DNA from: Candidatus Cybelea sp.
Lineage (GTDB): Bacteria; Vulcanimicrobiota; Vulcanimicrobiia; Vulcanimicrobiales; Vulcanimicrobiaceae
DNA: 64,000 bases
Assembly (NCBI GenBank): GCA_035939175.1
Contig: DASZGC010000015.1
Coordinates: forward strand, 11,261-75,260
Direction: 5' to 3'
The notes under the pieces are model-generated. The model made no database searches. It was not told where the DNA came from and saw only the letters and a list, made by a program, of their open reading frames with translations. Position 1 is the stretch's first letter; each line of letters starts with the position of its first letter. The position numbers and the translations under genes were made by a program. Of the stretch, positions 63,388 to 64,000 are shown one piece after another.

Positions 63388-64000
63388 CGTCGTCGCGCAG
63401 GAACGCTCGCCGGCCGCGCGCGAGCTCTACGACCGCCTCTTGGCGCTCCCATCGGCACCGTTCTCATCCGAAGAGAGAGCAAGCGCGCTCGACCGCTTCT
63501 TCTCTCTGCCGAGCGGCCGCGAGAGACCGGGGCGCTTCTGGCGCGTCGACTTCGAGTCGCTGGCGCCCGAGGCTGCCGCGATCGGCACCGGTCCGCAAGC
63601 CGCGCAGTTCGAGACCCGCGAGGGCGGCGTCACCGTCTGCGATCTCGCGACGGCGGCCGCGCGCTGGCCGGAACTTCTCGCCCGCGCCTTCGGCGCCACC
63701 GCCGCATCGGGCACGAAGTTTGGATCGCTCACCGCGGCATTCGCGCAGAGCGGCGCCTTCGTGCACGTGCGCGCCGATCACGCGAGCGACGAGCCGGTCG
63801 TCGTTACGTATCGTGCGCCCGATGGCGGCGCCATCTTTCCTTGGACGGTTCTGCTGGCGGAGCGGGGCTCGCGCGTAACGCTCGTCGAGCGCATCGAGGG
63901 CGCCGGCAGCGCGTTCGTCTGCGGCACCACGGAGATCGTCACCGACGAAAACGCTGAGGTGTGCCACGCCGTGCTGCAGCGCAGCGGCGACGCGGCGCGC
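63380..64000 (+). CDS. sufD: SufD (SufB/SufD family) Fe-S assembly protein, 5' part; continues past the window end
   Basis: Hand translation from TTG 63380 gives 207 codons with no stop. It reads LPSVVAQERSPAARELYDRLLALPSAPFSSEE...RFWRVDFESL...GAFVHVRADHASDEPVVVTYRAP...RVTLVERIEG. This is the typical SufD N-terminal/beta-helix pattern. The gene is not in the ORF track because it is incomplete. Confidence 0.7.
   Translation, partial: MPSVVAQERSPAARELYDRLLALPSAPFSSEERASALDRFFSLPSGRERPGRFWRVDFESLAPEAAAIGTGPQAAQFETREGGVTVCDLATAAARWPELLARAFGATAASGTKFGSLTAAFAQSGAFVHVRADHASDEPVVVTYRAPDGGAIFPWTVLLAERGSRVTLVERIEGAGSAFVCGTTEIVTDENAEVCHAVLQRSGDAAR

Noticed and set aside
63427-63967. Minus-strand ORFs 63427..63732 and 63464..63967
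   Set aside because: They are antisense to an open plus-strand frame with clear SufD-like sequence that runs off the window. Their composition is R/A-rich.
1-64000. Search by eye for CRISPR arrays, IS elements or transposases, integrases, phage genes, toxin-antitoxin pairs, known defence-system ATPases/nucleases, and rRNA/tRNA genes
   Set aside because: None were recognised. Intergenic spacers are nearly all under 130 nt. The only long ones (15074-15406 and 50196-50428) are explained by the riboswitch and by convergent terminators. I cannot exclude small RNAs or very divergent systems without searches.

Overview
High-GC bacterial chromosomal segment (roughly two-thirds G+C by eye, not computed). 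It is densely packed: about 60 protein genes, many joined by 4-nt start/stop overlaps. I saw no rRNA, tRNA, CRISPR array, transposase, phage or recognisable defence genes.

Content is mostly core functions:
- kdpFABC plus a kinase-less, internally duplicated KdpD-N protein
- amt and a CPA1 antiporter
- mutL-miaA-dapF, and miaB-GH18-mutS
- der-plsY-efp, fumC, ndh, folD, and suf Fe-S genes (sufR, scaffold, sufC, sufD)

Diderm-type envelope genes (a TolC-like OMF, an MFP, several barrel-like secreted proteins) coexist with lipoprotein SBPs and an LCP protein.

The best-supported non-obvious signal is a complete M-box (ykoK-type Mg2+) riboswitch with antiterminator/terminator at 15151-15377. It precedes a two-gene operon. 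The first gene is a 613-aa uncharacterised secreted, outer-membrane-like protein. It is translationally coupled to an NRAMP-family transporter whose metal-site motifs are non-canonical (DVGG and SPW instead of DPGN and MPH). That suggests a Mg2+ uptake module rather than MntH.

Other items worth a second look:
- a second KdpF-like peptide upstream of kdpF
- an MFP-OMF operon with no pump, but with a NirDL/AhbAB-like tandem AsnC protein and two family-5 SBPs
- a stalk-domain / 14-proline / barrel protein
- two candidate leaderless promoters
- one compositionally atypical lipoprotein gene

Because of the GC content, the ORF track holds many long spurious antisense or out-of-frame ORFs. I kept only frames with recognisable family motifs or protein-like composition. 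Several starts were re-assigned from the sequence.
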